Below are positions 1 through 12,945 of a stretch of 64,000 nt of DNA, piece after piece. Source of the stretch: Octopus vulgaris (lineage: Eukaryota); the NCBI GenBank assembly GCA_951406725.2, contig OX597823.1, forward strand, positions 74,338,001 through 74,402,000. The letters are read 5' to 3'. Position 1 is the first letter of the stretch. Each line of letters opens with the position of its first letter. The position numbers and the translations under genes are program-made. The notes below the pieces were generated by a model that saw nothing but the letters and a program-made list of their open reading frames with translations, searched no databases and was not told the origin of the DNA.

Positions 1-149
1 AGACGGCGTACCGATGTCACCATGTTACTATTGCTTTCTTGTTATTATTATTTATAAAATAATTTCTGATGGCGGGATTGTTGTGAGTCGTTTACCTGAC
101 GGTTGGAATGACGCTGTGCTACGAGTATTCATATCAAATAATGCCGGGG

Positions 150-720
150 AGCCAGTAGAATCTTTAGCCCGTCGGACAATGTTTCGTCCTTCTTCATGTT
201 CAAATTCTGTTGAGGTCGACTTTGCCTTTCATCCTTTCGAGGTTGATATAAATAAGTAACAGTTAAGCATTAGGGTCAATGTAATCGACTAAACCCTTAG
301 CCTGAAATTTCTGGCCTTGTTCCAAAATTCGAAACAATTGTTATTTACTTTAAATACTGTCTGTGATGTGGCAGGTCGGACAAAATGCTTAGTAGTATTT
401 CTGATGTTCTCAGTCCACCTTGCCTTTCACCCTTTCAGAATCGATAAAATAGGTACCAACTGATCACAAGAATGGATGTAATCGAGCCCCTCTCTTAAAA
501 ATTACTGCCCTTGCACCAAAATTAGAAAGATTTATTAATATTAGCTAAAAGAGTGAGCTGGTAGAATAATTAACATTTCTTGTGTAATCCTTAGCGGTAT
601 TTCTGACTCCATGCTTAGATCACAAATACTGTCGAGGTAAACATTCAAATTTCTGAGCTCACAGAAATAAAGACCAGTTGTTAAAGCACAAGGACCGATG
701 TAACTAGTTGTAAAAAGAAA
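150..720 (+). mobile_element. Cluster of three degenerate copies of tRNA-derived SINE family A
   Basis: Recurring motifs gtagaatc..ttagc, ttcaaattc..gaggtcgactttgcctttcatcctttcg and ggccttgtgccaaaatt, matching the better copies at 4660-4890 and 57723-57952. Confidence 0.7.
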
Positions 721-1484
721 AAAAAAGTAATAAATAAAAATGCTAGTTTCTTGCTAAAATTTGTCCAATGCAGATGCGTAACCAAGGACTCATCATTAAT
801 GCCATAGATCAAAGAATCTGGACTAATAATTACATTTAGTTTGCCTTCACCTCAGAGGCTATACTAAACACTTGAACATCTAATGGTGTACTATTTTAGG
901 CGCTATGCAGTACTCTAGGAATTTTCCCAGTTTATTCTTGTATGTTATATTGGTTATAGTCACACGGCATCTCACGAAATTTACTGATTAAGGGACGAAT
1001 GGTGTTATGACGTTGCTCTTATGTACCTTTATGCACATGGGTGTGGTTTTCCTTTTTGTATTTTTCTTTTAATCAGGGCCCATTGAGTGATATGGTGGAG
1101 TTATTTTTTGGATATATTGCAGATAACATTGAAACTGCTACTGCTGTTGTTGTTCATGATGATGTTTTTAAGGTGGTGATTTGATACCATCGTCAGAGCG
1201 TCAAAGTGTCATGCAGCATTTGTTCCGGCTCTTAGTTTACTTTGGATTCAAATGCTCCGATATCAACTTTGCATTTTATAATTTTCGGCTCGACAGAATA
1301 TAGTAATGATAACGTATTGAGCTGATAGGAGGCAAAATCGAATGCTAATCTGTACGAGTATACAATGGGATACTAAAGCAGAATGGAGCCCAAGTCTCCA
1401 ACACATGGTGAAGTACTTCAATGATTGCAGTACACTGCCACCACGCAACAATATCTATCTATATCACCTTCTATGACGGCCAAC

Positions 1485-1560
1485 AACACGCTCACACACA
1501 CGCACACACACACACACACATATGCACACACAGATCATGCGCATTCATACACACATATAT
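1485..1560. repeat. (CA)n microsatellite
   Basis: Direct inspection. Confidence 0.9.
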
Positions 1561-1898
1561 GCTCACATGTCCCATATTTCACTGACAAACATTCTCCTCT
1601 CAAAAGCAGATGATCCCATTAAAGAGTACAGCACAAAAGAAAAAAAGTTATGCTTCTTAATGGCGATGACGATAAAGATATGAACTATGGAGGTCTTGCT
1701 ATTAATTTTTTATCTAATAGCTTCGGGGTTTTCAATGATATTATTGTTATTTTTATTACTGGTATTGTTCTGTTTGTTATTAGTCGTACTGGTAATGGGT
1801 GGTGATGGTGGTGACCGTGCTGATAATGTTATTAATTTTAACTAGAAATATCGGCTCCTCCAACACATTAGTGTTTATTGTAGTTGCAATCGTTGCCT

Positions 1899-1932
<34 letters not shown>

Positions 1933-2219
1933 AGCTGGTGCTGTTGCTAAAGATGGTGGATGTAGTGATATTGATGGTGGCAGAAAAAAATTCTTAGTAG
2001 TTACAGAAATCCTGCTTTTAATTTTCGATACGACTCGTTATTCTTCGTGGTTATCATTCGTTCGTTGTTGTTGTTGTTGTTATAGTTATTGATGGTGGTG
2101 ATATTGGATATTGTGGTGATATTACTATTAATTTTAACTGATGATGTTGTTTACAACATCTTAGTCATTGTTGCTGCTAATGTTGAACTTTCAAGCCCCT
2201 TTCTATGTTGTTGTGATAA

Positions 2220-2335
2220 TATTGACTTCTAAGTTTGGCGTAAGGCCATACATTGTCAGAAGGGTGTAGTCGATTATTATTTGATCAAACACCGAGTGAT
2301 GAAAGACATAGTCGACTTCACAGAAATTTGAATTC
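2220..2335 (-). mobile_element. SINE family A fragment
   Basis: Reverse complement of the core (gatgaaagacatagtcgacttcacagaaatttgaattcag). Confidence 0.6.
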
Positions 2336-2827
2336 AGCCTGAAAAGAGACTTGACTAAATTCAGCAAAGCACTTATCCAGCAATCTACTGTGTATCCTTC
2401 TCCGTCACCATAATACAAGTGATAATGTTGATCATAGAGGCTCATTGTTAGTTACCACCCCATCGTTTCTGCAAATATAATGTAACCAAGGCTACATTAT
2501 CCATTAGATCCTTAATGTTTGAGACAGTAAAGCAAAATTTGAAGGGCATTTGGTTGATATATCTCGCCGGTCGAGTCACCAGTTAGAGAGTCAGCTCAGA
2601 TAAAATTGATGTAAACTGTTGTTTGTAATAGTTATTAACACGATTTTATTCCCTGGGCAAGGGTGGCGCCGTTAAGTGCATGAACGACGATTTAATGCTA
2701 GAAAATTACCGGATCTATCGTAAATAGCTCTTTATGCGGGTGGAAATGATCTCAGTTCTTTGCAGCCAAGAGATCAAACATAGACTTACCAATGACACCA
2801 AAACCACCACCGAACACAACCACCGTT

Positions 2828-2852
2828 GACGCCGCCACCACCACCACCACCA

Positions 2853-2915
<63 letters not shown>

Positions 2916-2931
2916 GCTGCTGCTGCTGCTG

Positions 2932-2969
<38 letters not shown>

Positions 2970-3037
2970 GCTGCTGCTGCTACTACTACTACCACTACTG
3001 CTGCTGCTGCTGCTACTACTACTACTACTGTTGCTGC
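2828..3037. repeat. Compound trinucleotide microsatellite (CCA)n(CTA)n(CTG)n
   Basis: Direct inspection; explains the poly-T/Y/C/V ORFs at 2786-3094. Confidence 0.95.
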
Positions 3038-3685
3038 TTGATGTTGCTTATAGAATCCTGTGGCATATACATACGCCTACAAAATTTCGAATGATGATAG
3101 TTAAATCTATTAAATGTAATATAACATAATAGGTACCCGTGGCTGTATACGAACTACTGATTTTTCGACAGCTTTTGTCCTACCCGAGTGATTCATCCAT
3201 CTTAGACAATCGATATTTATTGAAAATATCGAGTTTTAACAGCGATAATGTATCTTACTATTTGCTTTTATAGAGCAGTGTCGTGCAGTGAAAATGTTTC
3301 ATAATCTAGTGAAACTGCATAAATGTGTGCTGCAGAACACTGCAGGAATGTTTTGTAAGGTGTATAGTGCAATGTACTCTAGTATAGTGGTGTGAAGGTG
3401 TACTGCAGCACACAGTTGTATAACTGTTTAAAGGTATAGTGTCGTATAATCTAATATAGCTTTCTAAAGGCTTGTGACAGTAATATAATACAAATGCGTG
3501 GTTCACTGAATTGTATTGTAACTTTATACAGCTGTGGGAACCGCACAGTAATAATTCGATTAGATCTATTACTTCCAAGTGCTATATGGTTATTTATTCA
3601 TGTGACAATGTTCCATAGAAGTTATGTATTTAAATGATTTCATTGTTCTATTTACTGTTCCTTTATCCTCCGACCAACCCTGAGC

Positions 3686-3849
3686 CAGTACCGTCTAAGG
3701 CCATGAGCATAATGGGCAGTTATTCGGGGCCTCTTAGGTCTTGGAGCCCAATTTTAATCTGTGTGTGTTGTAGCCTCCTGTCAATAAATACTATCGGGCC
3801 TGGTGCATTAATTTTCTCGGGAGCCTAGAATGTTGCTAATGCGAACCTT
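3686..3849. mobile_element. Degenerate short MITE-like element (PIF/Harbinger-like ends)
   Basis: GC-rich ~165-bp island beginning cagtaccgtctaaggc and ending gcctagaatgttgctaatgcgaacct, resembling decayed CAGGGCCGTCTTAA...TTAAGACGGCCCTG termini. Family assignment is from recall only. Confidence 0.35.
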
Positions 3850-3892
3850 CTCTGAGCAACCGTATCTATAATTAAGGCTTTCCTGTCTTTTT

Positions 3893-3999
3893 TATATCAT
3901 GGTATATTATTAGCCCCTTGTGGGCAATAAAGAAATGTATATCATGGTATATTATTAGCCCCTTGTGGCAATAAAAAAATGTATATCATGGTATATTAT
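3893..3999 (+). repeat. Tandem 45/44-bp unit made of a SINE-A 3' tail plus repeated flank
   Basis: tatatcatggtatatta occurs three times (3893, 3938, 3982), separated by tagccccttgtg(g)gcaataaa(g/a)aaatg, which matches the SINE-A type-2 tail (cf. 4865-4890, 57927-57952). Confidence 0.8.
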
Positions 4000-4426
4000 A
4001 CAAGACTCACTTATTCAGTGTCTCCATTCGTTTTCTTTTTAAAGGTATGGTAACATGTACATTGAGAGTAAGTTTGCCAGCTAATTCTAATACATTGAGA
4101 TATAACATAGAACTTGTTTCAATCCCACATCAACACCAATCGCAAATATCTGATAGAAGCTATTTCACGCTAATGATAAATATTTCCTGTGTTTTTCAGG
4201 CAAACTACCATTCTTTTTTCTGATAGTACAGTGTAACTTAGGAAAGATTTGCCCACTATTTATAAGAGGTTGAGCTTACACGTAGATGTTCAATTGTTGG
4301 GGGTTGTCTCGCATTATTTGTAGTTATGTGGGTCGTATATCATTGCACCACCTGTAGTTGTTGCTGCCTCTAATATTTATGTTCCTTTGTGACATACGAC
4401 CTCGTCAATAATTATAGAAGGTAAAG

Positions 4427-4640
4427 GGTGGTGAGCTGGAAGAATCGTTAGCACACCGGGCGAAATGCTTAATGATATTTCGTCTGTCTTTACGTTCTGA
4501 GTTTAAATTCCGCTGAGATCGACTTTGACTTTCATCCATTTGGGAGTCTATAAATTAAGCACTAGTTACGTACTGGGGTCAATTTAACCGACCGTTCCTC
4601 TCCCCACAAATTTCAGGCCTTGTGCCTAGAGTAGAAAAGA
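4427..4640 (+). mobile_element. SINE family A, full length, type-1 tail
   Basis: Head gg(c/t)ggtgagctgg.agaatcgttagc (A-box-like), B-box-like gagtttaaattcc, core gactttgactttcatccatt, tail caggccttgtgcctagagtagaaaag. Confidence 0.9.
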
Positions 4641-4659
4641 ATAATTTTAGAAGTTGAAG

Positions 4660-4890
4660 GGCGGTGAGCTGGCAGAATCGTTAGCATGCCGGGCAAAATG
4701 CTTAGCGGTATGTCGTCTGTCGTTACGTTCTTATTTCAAATTCTGCCGAGGTTGACATTGCTTTTCATCCTTTCGTTGTCGATTAAACTAGTACCTGTTA
4801 CGCACCGGGGTCGATGTAATCGACTTAATCCCTTAGTCTGTTCTTGTTTGTCTCCTCAGTGTTTATCCCCCTTTGGGCAATGAAGAAATA
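4660..4890 (+). mobile_element. SINE family A, full length, type-2 tail
   Basis: Same head and core; tail ttaatccc..gtctgttcttgtttgtctcctcagtgtttatccccctttgggcaatgaagaaata. Confidence 0.9.
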
Positions 4891-5399
4891 AATAGTTTTA
4901 GAAAATGATTAAGAAATCACTTTAGCCTGTAAATAAGTTTTTTATTATTTATTTGTTACCATTTCGTTTTTATGTATAATTTATTCTATCGTTGCTATTT
5001 TGACACGATTGCGTTTTGAAATACATACTATTTTATATATCTTAGAAAATATTGTTAGCAAAAGATGAGAATATTCATTGCTCCAAAATATCACAATATA
5101 GGAGAATATAATGATAATTCTGCGTAGTTGTCCCGGAACTCATAGTTCAACAGCTCGGAGTAGTTCGAGCAGGTGCCCGTTTTGATGGAAGGACATATGA
5201 CTAGCCATCCTGGATGCCCGGAGCCATGACAGCCAACGAGAGCCAGGGAGGTTGATATATAGAACGTGGAAGAGTGTGGAATACGCGTGAGGACTTGCGA
5301 GCTGTGTGGAGGTAGAGAGAAAGAGGGGACTGCGAGGCGTTCATTATGATATTAACTACCCTCTTCTAATCTCGATTGTTAACTGATTTATATTAATTT

Positions 5400-5605
5400 G
5401 GGTTTGAAATTTTGGTAGAAGGCCAGGAATTTTGAGAGAGAAGGCAAGTCGACACAAGTCCTCAACTGGCACATATCTTAACGAGCCCAAAAAGATGAAA
5501 GGTAAAGTCGACCACATCGGAATTTCAACTCAGAACGTAAAGACAGACGGAATGCTTCTAAGCATTCTCTCCGCAAAGGTAACGAATCTGCTAGCTCACC
5601 CTCTT
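5400..5605 (-). mobile_element. SINE family A
   Basis: Reverse complement of head and core (aagatgaaaggtaaagtcgacc...gaatttcaactcagaacgtaaag...gctagctcacc). Confidence 0.85.
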
Positions 5606-5651
5606 GATTTATATTAATATGAAAGGTCTTTCTTCTCATATTGTTTTAAGT

Positions 5652-5865
5652 TGGTAAGCTTGCAGAATCGTTAGCTCGCTGGACAAAATGCTGAGCTGAT
5701 TTCATCCGTCCTTATACTCTGAGTTTAAATTCCGCCGCTGTGGATTTTGATTTTCGTATTTTCGGGGTCGATAAAATAAGTACCTGTTGAGCACTGGGAT
5801 CAATGTAACCGACTTAACCCTTCCAATAAACTTGCTGGCCGTGTTCCAAGATTTAAAACCAACAT
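5652..5865 (+). mobile_element. SINE family A
   Basis: ggtaagcttgcagaatcgttagc...ttcggggtcgataaaataagtacc...gccgtgttccaagattt. Confidence 0.85.
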
Positions 5866-6719
5866 TAAAAGCACTTTTTATCACTCCTTATAGCTGCTGG
5901 TGGTAGAAGTTAGCTTTCACAGTCAAAGACATTCTAGTTTTTATTCGACTGTGTGAGGTATTTTGGGCAAATCATTTTCGGAACGGCACCAATTGTTTCA
6001 TTATAATTGAGTTATCGGAAACTCTGTGGAAGCTCTTTGGATGGATTGTATCTGTAATTTAAAATTTCTGCCTTGTCACGTTGATCGTTCTGAAGAAGAG
6101 CGTGCCTTTACAATGTCGAACCACTTACAAGTTGATTCAATGAGGAGGAAAAACAATTCAGCTGATTGAACCAACAAATACACAATCTTTTCAAAAATTA
6201 TAACTAATACGTTTTTGTTCAAACGCAGAAGATTACAGATAAAGTAGAATCGGGCAAAATTTGAACTCTTAAATAATCAAGGAAGAATGCGTCAGATATT
6301 ATAAAATATTAAGTTCGGCGCCAACACTTATCTACCGACTCATTTTTGCTATTAATTCTCTCTATAACATTGGCGTCTTCAATAGCAAGTTCTTGTTATT
6401 GTTGTCAGTATCTGTTATCCTTTGTTCATTTTTTCTATTGTTTTTGAAGGTAGTAGTCACCGTAATAGAGTCGATGGTGGCGCAGTTGGTGCTATTAGTG
6501 TTGGACTTGTTGGGTTAATAAGATTTAAATAGATCGTGTAACTATATAATGTCACGCAGGCAATCAATCAGTTCGTTGCAGTCTTTGATATCGTGGAAGA
6601 AACCATTTACATAATGCTGTAACCGCTATTACATGAAAATCAATAAGAATAACAATAACATTATCAACAAGAAAAGTGTTAATAACAAGTGGTCGTACTC
6701 ATACTACAGTAATGATAAT

Positions 6720-6910
6720 TTCTAACATAAGCACAAAGCCATAGATTTACAGAGAAGAATATAATCGATTAAATTGACACCAATACTTGACTGGTGTTGG
6801 TAATAAGAAGAATAACGGTTATTTATATAGGCACAATGCCTGAAATTTTGTAGCAGTGGCACGAAGTCGATAAAATCGATCCAGTACTTAACTGGTACTT
6901 TATTTTGAGT
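6720..6910 (-). mobile_element. Two SINE family A 3' fragments
   Basis: aggcacaatgcctgaaattttg...gtcgataaaatcgatccagtacttaactggtacttt. Confidence 0.55.
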
Positions 6911-7859
6911 ATTTTCTTGTTTTTATTGTTGAGGTTTCAGTCCGTTCATTTTGAGGCTATTGTGTTTGGTTTGGTAGTGATGGTGTGGTTGTGATGCTTA
7001 AAGAAGGGAACGTTACTGCCCTGTCAATTTTACTGGGTTTCCAATTTGAACAGTCTTTTCCTCCCTATCTTCCCGTTTACCCGCTACATACAACCAATAA
7101 GTTTCTGGATCAGACGATTGTGAAGCGGGGCAGTGCAAGATATGTCCCCATATGTAGTTTTTCTTGCATCTATATCTTTTGGAGGAGAGGGCGCAAGCGT
7201 AACTGGGTGTAATTTTGAATGGGTTTGGATCCAGACCATATCGTTATTACTTTTGTACCTATCGTCGTTGTTGCCACTGAAGCTGGTATTACAGCTAGTG
7301 CGGTTGCTATGCAGCAAAAATAGTGGACAGAGTAGTAACTGAAGAAATTACAATATCAACATAAATACCACAGTAGCAACAGAGGTCATAAAACTAATGA
7401 GTACAACAAAATAGCTCAGATGGGGTATCCCAAACCAATACTCGCTCTTCTCATGGTCTTATTCATCCCTACATCATAATCTACAAACATACACAAGGAC
7501 AAGAAAACATTCCCTTAGAACAACATATTGTACCCACTTCCTCCATTGTGCTAGTAAGTAGAGAAAAATAAAGAACTGTTATCATGCATAGCAGAACGTA
7601 GAGAAATAGAAAAAAGAGAAACCTTTCATTGTGATTTGAGGAGGTATCCAGTAGTTAGGTATAAGGAAAAGAGCGGGAGTTTCTTATTCGATGTTTAGAA
7701 GCCCCAACGTCAAAGTCTGGATAAGGCCTCTTCAAGGTTTTCCCAACAAACCTAACACGAATTGCATATGGCAAACATTAAGTTAGGCAACTCTCTCTTA
7801 TCTTCCTTTTTCGTTCTTATCAATGAAGCAGTTTTCAGAGTGGGTTTCATAACTACATA

Positions 7860-8940
7860 TGGTCACCTTGGAAGCAGGCTCGCCAGCACGAATGTGTAAG
7901 CTATCAGCGCGACTACGATTTCCGACATACGTATAATTGCATCCATTTTTGATGACTTCGAAATTTGCACATGCCTGAGATAATTTGGTTGAGTGGTATT
8001 GTTGTTGTGGAAAGACATAGAGTCAGTCTTCCTGGACTTGGATTTAAGTTGGTATTCTGTACGCGAAAGACAGGAAAGGAGGTACTTTTATCCTAGTAGC
8101 TGTCTATGCGTCGACAAGGGTAGGGAAAACCAGATTTCAGATGTCTGAATGTTTGCTTCCAAATGCTCTGCTCTTTACTGTCAGTGGTCGATTCCAATGT
8201 CATTCTGAATGCACGTTTGGAATGGTGAGGGTAGCTGATAGCAGATGGAATACAAAAGAGTCACAAGACCTACCAGTCGTTTCCAACTGTCTGTCAGGTC
8301 CCGAATCGACTTTCCAAATGAGTCAACGTGGACGTGGACAAACAACATTAGGTCTTCCAGATCATATGTAGACAGAAAGGAATAGTATGAGTTGTCCACA
8401 ATTGAAATTAGTCCGCTTCACATTCCACAATTTTGATTTGTACTTTAGACATAAATAAACTGTTTAGACAGGGAGCAGGCTCCTAGAAAATAAACGCGTC
8501 TTTATCGGTGCTTTATGCTTACAAGGACTGAATTAGACAACTAGCTAAGTAGAGGTTGACGGGGTAATTTTCCATAACCGTTGGTAGTTAGCCCTGAAAA
8601 GGAATATCAGATTAGAGTTAATGTTAAGTAAGTGAACAGTTACAAAGTAGAAGTAAAGCGAGATAAACGTTTAGGAAATGCATAGCGACTGATGTGCTTA
8701 GAATGAGATTTGCCTTAGAGCAATTCCTCAACGGAAAGCACGGAAGTTATGATTTTTTAGGGCGCGAACCCTAAGGCGAGACGAACTGAAATCCGTTCGA
8801 TGGATACAGTTCTCAGAGACGTAACGGGAACGCAGAGCTGCAATACAGTCCATGACGGATCGGAAGGATGCGTTTCGTTTGGTTCCAAGGAGATGCATGG
8901 GGTTTTTCAGCGGCACATCGTTCTACTGTTTGAGACGAAT
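7860..8940 (+). pseudogene. Degraded L1/Tx1-like non-LTR retrotransposon ORF2: APE endonuclease and linker
   Basis: Hand translation gives FILVAVYA (8086-8110), VVDSNVILNA (GDFN-like) and PNESTWTWTNNIRSSRSYVDR (WTW...SR.DR motif of L1/Tx1 APE). Many stops and frameshifts. Confidence 0.7.
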
Positions 8941-9164
8941 GGTGTATGCATTTTACTGTCTATCTCAACGATCTGCCGTAGTTATCATGTTGGGAAGTGA
9001 AGTAATGCGAAAGGCCAGTAACAAATGATTGAAATACACACAAGAAAGTTGCCTTTACACGGATGAATAGCCATCATATGTACATTACCTTCATATAATA
9101 TTCTTGTTCGTGGGTTTATTGATAGATGTCTCCTCGCAACACGCTGGAGAGTGGGTACAACAGG

Positions 9165-9345
9165 CACAAGGCCTGCAAATCTGAAGGACGAGGTAAGACG
9201 ATTACATCGACACCAGTGTTCAAATGATACTTATTTTATCAATCTCGAAAGAAAGTCTACTTCAGCTGTAGTTGAAACTAAAGACGGATGAAATACCATC
9301 AAGCAGCCTGTCAGGCGCGTTAACAGTTCTGCTAGATCACCGTTT
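9165..9345 (-). mobile_element. SINE family A
   Basis: aggcacaaggcctgcaaat...cgattacatcgacaccagtg...gttctgctagatcacc. Confidence 0.75.
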
Positions 9346-9499
9346 TATTGCCTCAATGATAATAACGATTACTTTTATAAGAATAATTAGTTATAAACTA
9401 AAATAAAAACAACCTTATACGTCGGAAAATCAAAACTCTATACTGTGTGAGATTTCCTTCACACTTTAACAATTATGACCGTATTCAGCTCTTAACAGT

Positions 9500-9655
9500 C
9501 CATTTATGTTTTCAAAATTCGGCTTGTACGTATCTTGCGAATTTCTGGCGGATGAAAGTCAACGTCGATACCGGCATAATTTGAACTTACAGTACAGCAG
9601 AACGTAACTAAGTGCTGAAACGTATTTAATTCAGATCTTGCCGATTCTGTCATCC
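9500..9655 (-). mobile_element. SINE family A, degenerate
   Basis: ggatgaaagtcaacgtcgataccggcataatttgaact...gattctgtca. Confidence 0.6.
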
Positions 9656-9660
9656 AGGAA

Positions 9661-9714
9661 ATGATGGTGATGATGACGATGATGACGATGATAATAATAA
9701 TAATAATAATAATC

Positions 9715-9759
<45 letters not shown>
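9661..9759. repeat. (ATG)n(ATA)n microsatellite
   Basis: Direct inspection. Confidence 0.95.
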
Positions 9760-11109
9760 TTCACTAATTTGTTTTGGAAGAGCTACGATATTAAAAAGAC
9801 TAAATTTTCGCCTATCAAAATTACTATGGAATGCTCTGTGACCCGGTATTACTAGTCGAAATTGATTGTCAAAACAGCACTCATCGCTATATAATCCTAA
9901 AACAAGACAAATAAATAATGAAATATAATAATTTATAATTGATTATTATTTTGTGTTATTTGCTTCATAGAATAATTAAATAAAATGAAATAATTTACGA
10001 CTGGAACTTAATACAAATAATTGTGATGCACTGATAAACCTCAACATAGTTTTGGCACATGTATAATAGTTTAAGGTGATTGATCCTTGAATAAGTTAGG
10101 TGATGGGCAACAGCGCAATTAATCTTATATGACTGATGACATCTGATGAGGTTATCTCTTGCCTACCTGCGCAACTGCTGCCGATGCAGCTCCTATGGAT
10201 TGACTGATGTTCCTCACTCTGATGTTAAATTAACCAACTCAGTTTCTGGAGGCAAATTGACAAATTTAGATTCGAGATCGAATGAAGACAAGAGCTGGTC
10301 ATTTCCAGTAGTTTGATCCATTTGAAGATATATTCAATAGTGATTGTTACCCATTTGGGATGGATGAGACAGATTTGATTCAGCAACACTAATGTACCCG
10401 AAATTGGTAAACATTCTTCCATAAATGAGCTTTAAAAAGTGATTAGCTTCTAAACTTGTTCTTGCGGGACCTTACAGAAAACTTTGAACATTTCCTGTTC
10501 GTCTATTAGGGCAATTTTATTTCAGTAACACTAAGTGTCCAATAAATTTGCATGAAGCTGGCCCAATGTTAGAGACCGCAAAATGTTTACAATAAGTTTA
10601 TTTTTTATTTTTTTGATATCAAATAACTGTTGGTCTCTGTGCAGATGAAAATAATGTCTATGTGCTGTTTATTTTTCTTAGATATAGAAATAATAAGCAC
10701 CATCTTAATTTTCCCCATTTTCTCCAAAAAAGTCCCCCTAAAGAATATTTCGTAATACAGGGATAGACAAATCACTTGAAATGAAATTGAACACCTGAAA
10801 GTGGAAAATAAAATGCATAATATTTAGTATAACTTAAGATACAGACGTGCATCCATTTCTTATAAAATATATCATACAAAGTAATTACACAAAGTCATGT
10901 CTCTTGAGGTGCTACGAATATCATAAAAATACTTAACGCTAATTCTATTGTTTACAAATATAAAATGCGTACAGCGTATTTACAGACGTATAAAAACGTA
11001 TATTGTATTTAAACATTTATTCCCTTTCATAATATTTATAAAGTTGTCATAGCTAATAGTTTAAAACATATTAATATATAATAAATGTATAATATTATAT
11101 TTTAAATAT

Positions 11110-11413
11110 GTGGAGGCGCAATGGTTAGGGCAGCGGACTCGCGGTTGTAGGATCGCAGTTTCGATTCTCATACCGGGCGTTGTGAGTGTGTATTGAGCGA
11201 AAACACCTAAAGCTCCACGAGGCTCCGGCAGAGGGTGGTGGCGATCCCTGCTGTACTCTTTCGCCACAACTTTCTCTCACTCTTTCTTCTGTTGGCCTTC
11301 TCGCTTACCCAGCGGGGTGGCGTCATTTGAAGGCCAAAACAATGCGAAGCGCATTGTGACCAGCGATGTGTAGCAACATCTGATAGCCTGGTCGGTCACG
11401 ATGGTCACGGTGA
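11110..11413 (+). mobile_element. tRNA-derived SINE family C, tail variant 1
   Basis: Head tggaggcgcaatggttagggcagcggactcgcgg...gtttcgattc (tRNA-like A/B boxes); first ~160 bp nearly identical to 39528-39690. Confidence 0.9.
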
Positions 11414-12439
11414 TTATAAATATATAATATTATATAATAAATATATAATATTCGTTCTTACGTATATATCGCATTGTGATAAACATTCTTAATATGTTAA
11501 ACATTAGAGAAAACTCAAAATTCTACAAAGGATCATAAATTGCATAAGAAATAGGCAATAGAAATGTTATGTCTCTAGTCTATTCCGGTAATGCAGAAAA
11601 ACAATGTTGCGCTTATTTTGAAAAAGGAAAATGCTGAACGTCTGGCAATGTAACTATTTACAGTTAATCTATAGACTAGAAAATCTTGTTTGAATACTTG
11701 TTGTAAGAATACACGGGTTGAAAATCAAAATTGTTCTTGGCGGGATCTGAATGCGATATTAGTAAAAGCTAGAACAGTACTTACGCATTCATGTTTGATC
11801 TCTTCCAGATTTCAACAACTTATATTATCTATCCGATAATAGAAATGTTAGACAATGTGACAATGATTACTTACTAGCTGACAATTTAATAGCCGCATTT
11901 GCTAGAAAAAGAGTAAAGTTGAATTGTTAATTACATCAAGGGTTTTAATACGTGAATTTTCAGTTTTCTATGTGAAATATTCAAACACAGTCGACATTCT
12001 GTGTACAAACCGAAGCCGCCATTACATCGTTTCATAAAATTCTTTAATATTCCGATAACTATTTCAATAGAAGGAAGATTTGAAAGAAAAGTGATATCAC
12101 TCGTATTTCATAATAAGGATGGGTATTTTTTCAAAGGCGCATTGCCTTTTCAGATGCTATTTTCCTTCTCTATTACCCGCACGCCATTCAAATCTGTGAA
12201 TTCGTATTGAAGATTGCTTTCTTCTTATTTCCGTGTCCGAAGTTATTAATATCCTGTTGTTTCTTGCAGAATTACTCGGAGCGGAAGTTATCCATCAAAA
12301 CCTTATGCACTCTTCTTATACGTGTATGTTCTTGTGTGTTTCTAAAAGGTTGTATGTATGTGTGAATACGTGTGCGTGTCTTTCACGTTGTATCTAATTG
12401 TCAATGTATTGATGCATACATACATGTACGCATCTATAT

Positions 12440-12446
12440 ATATGCA

Positions 12447-12480
<34 letters not shown>

Positions 12481-12807
12481 CACAGGCGCATGCACATAGG
12501 CACACACATATGTATGTGTATATATATATATATATATATATACACACAGGCGCATGCACATAGACACACACATATGTATGTATATATATATATATATATA
12601 TATATACACAAATATATAGACGTGGGTTCATACACAGTTATGTATATATATGTGCAGATATATGAAAGTATACACGCATCTGCTACACACGCTTATATAT
12701 TAAAATATTAATATCTCTACGAACAGATACATACACCTATTTTTATTTGTTTCTCTAAGTCTATTTGATTTCAGTTCTCTTACATACACAAACGAATGAA
12801 GGAGGTA

Positions 12808-12851
<44 letters not shown>

Positions 12852-12875
12852 CACACACAGACACACAAACACAGA

Positions 12876-12924
<49 letters not shown>

Positions 12925-12945
12925 GAACACACTCCCTCTCTCTTT
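12440..12945. repeat. Compound (CT)/(TA)/(CA) microsatellite region with a duplicated ~60-bp unit
   Basis: cacaggcgcatgcacatag.cacacacatatgtatg occurs twice (12481 and ~12545); (CA)n at 12811-12925. Confidence 0.9.

Noticed and set aside
2786-3094. Homopolymeric ORFs (poly-T, Y, V, C), and likewise those at 20628-21185, 51075-51491 and 52568-53199
   Set aside because: Translations of trinucleotide microsatellites; no coding signal.
3893-3999. Repeat-spacer-repeat pattern reminiscent of a CRISPR array
   Set aside because: Spacers are near-identical SINE tails, the context is eukaryotic and there are no cas genes.
10060-10560. Possible Tc1-like transposase C-terminal relic on the minus strand
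   Set aside because: Only a vague SPDLNP-like trace; too decayed to call.
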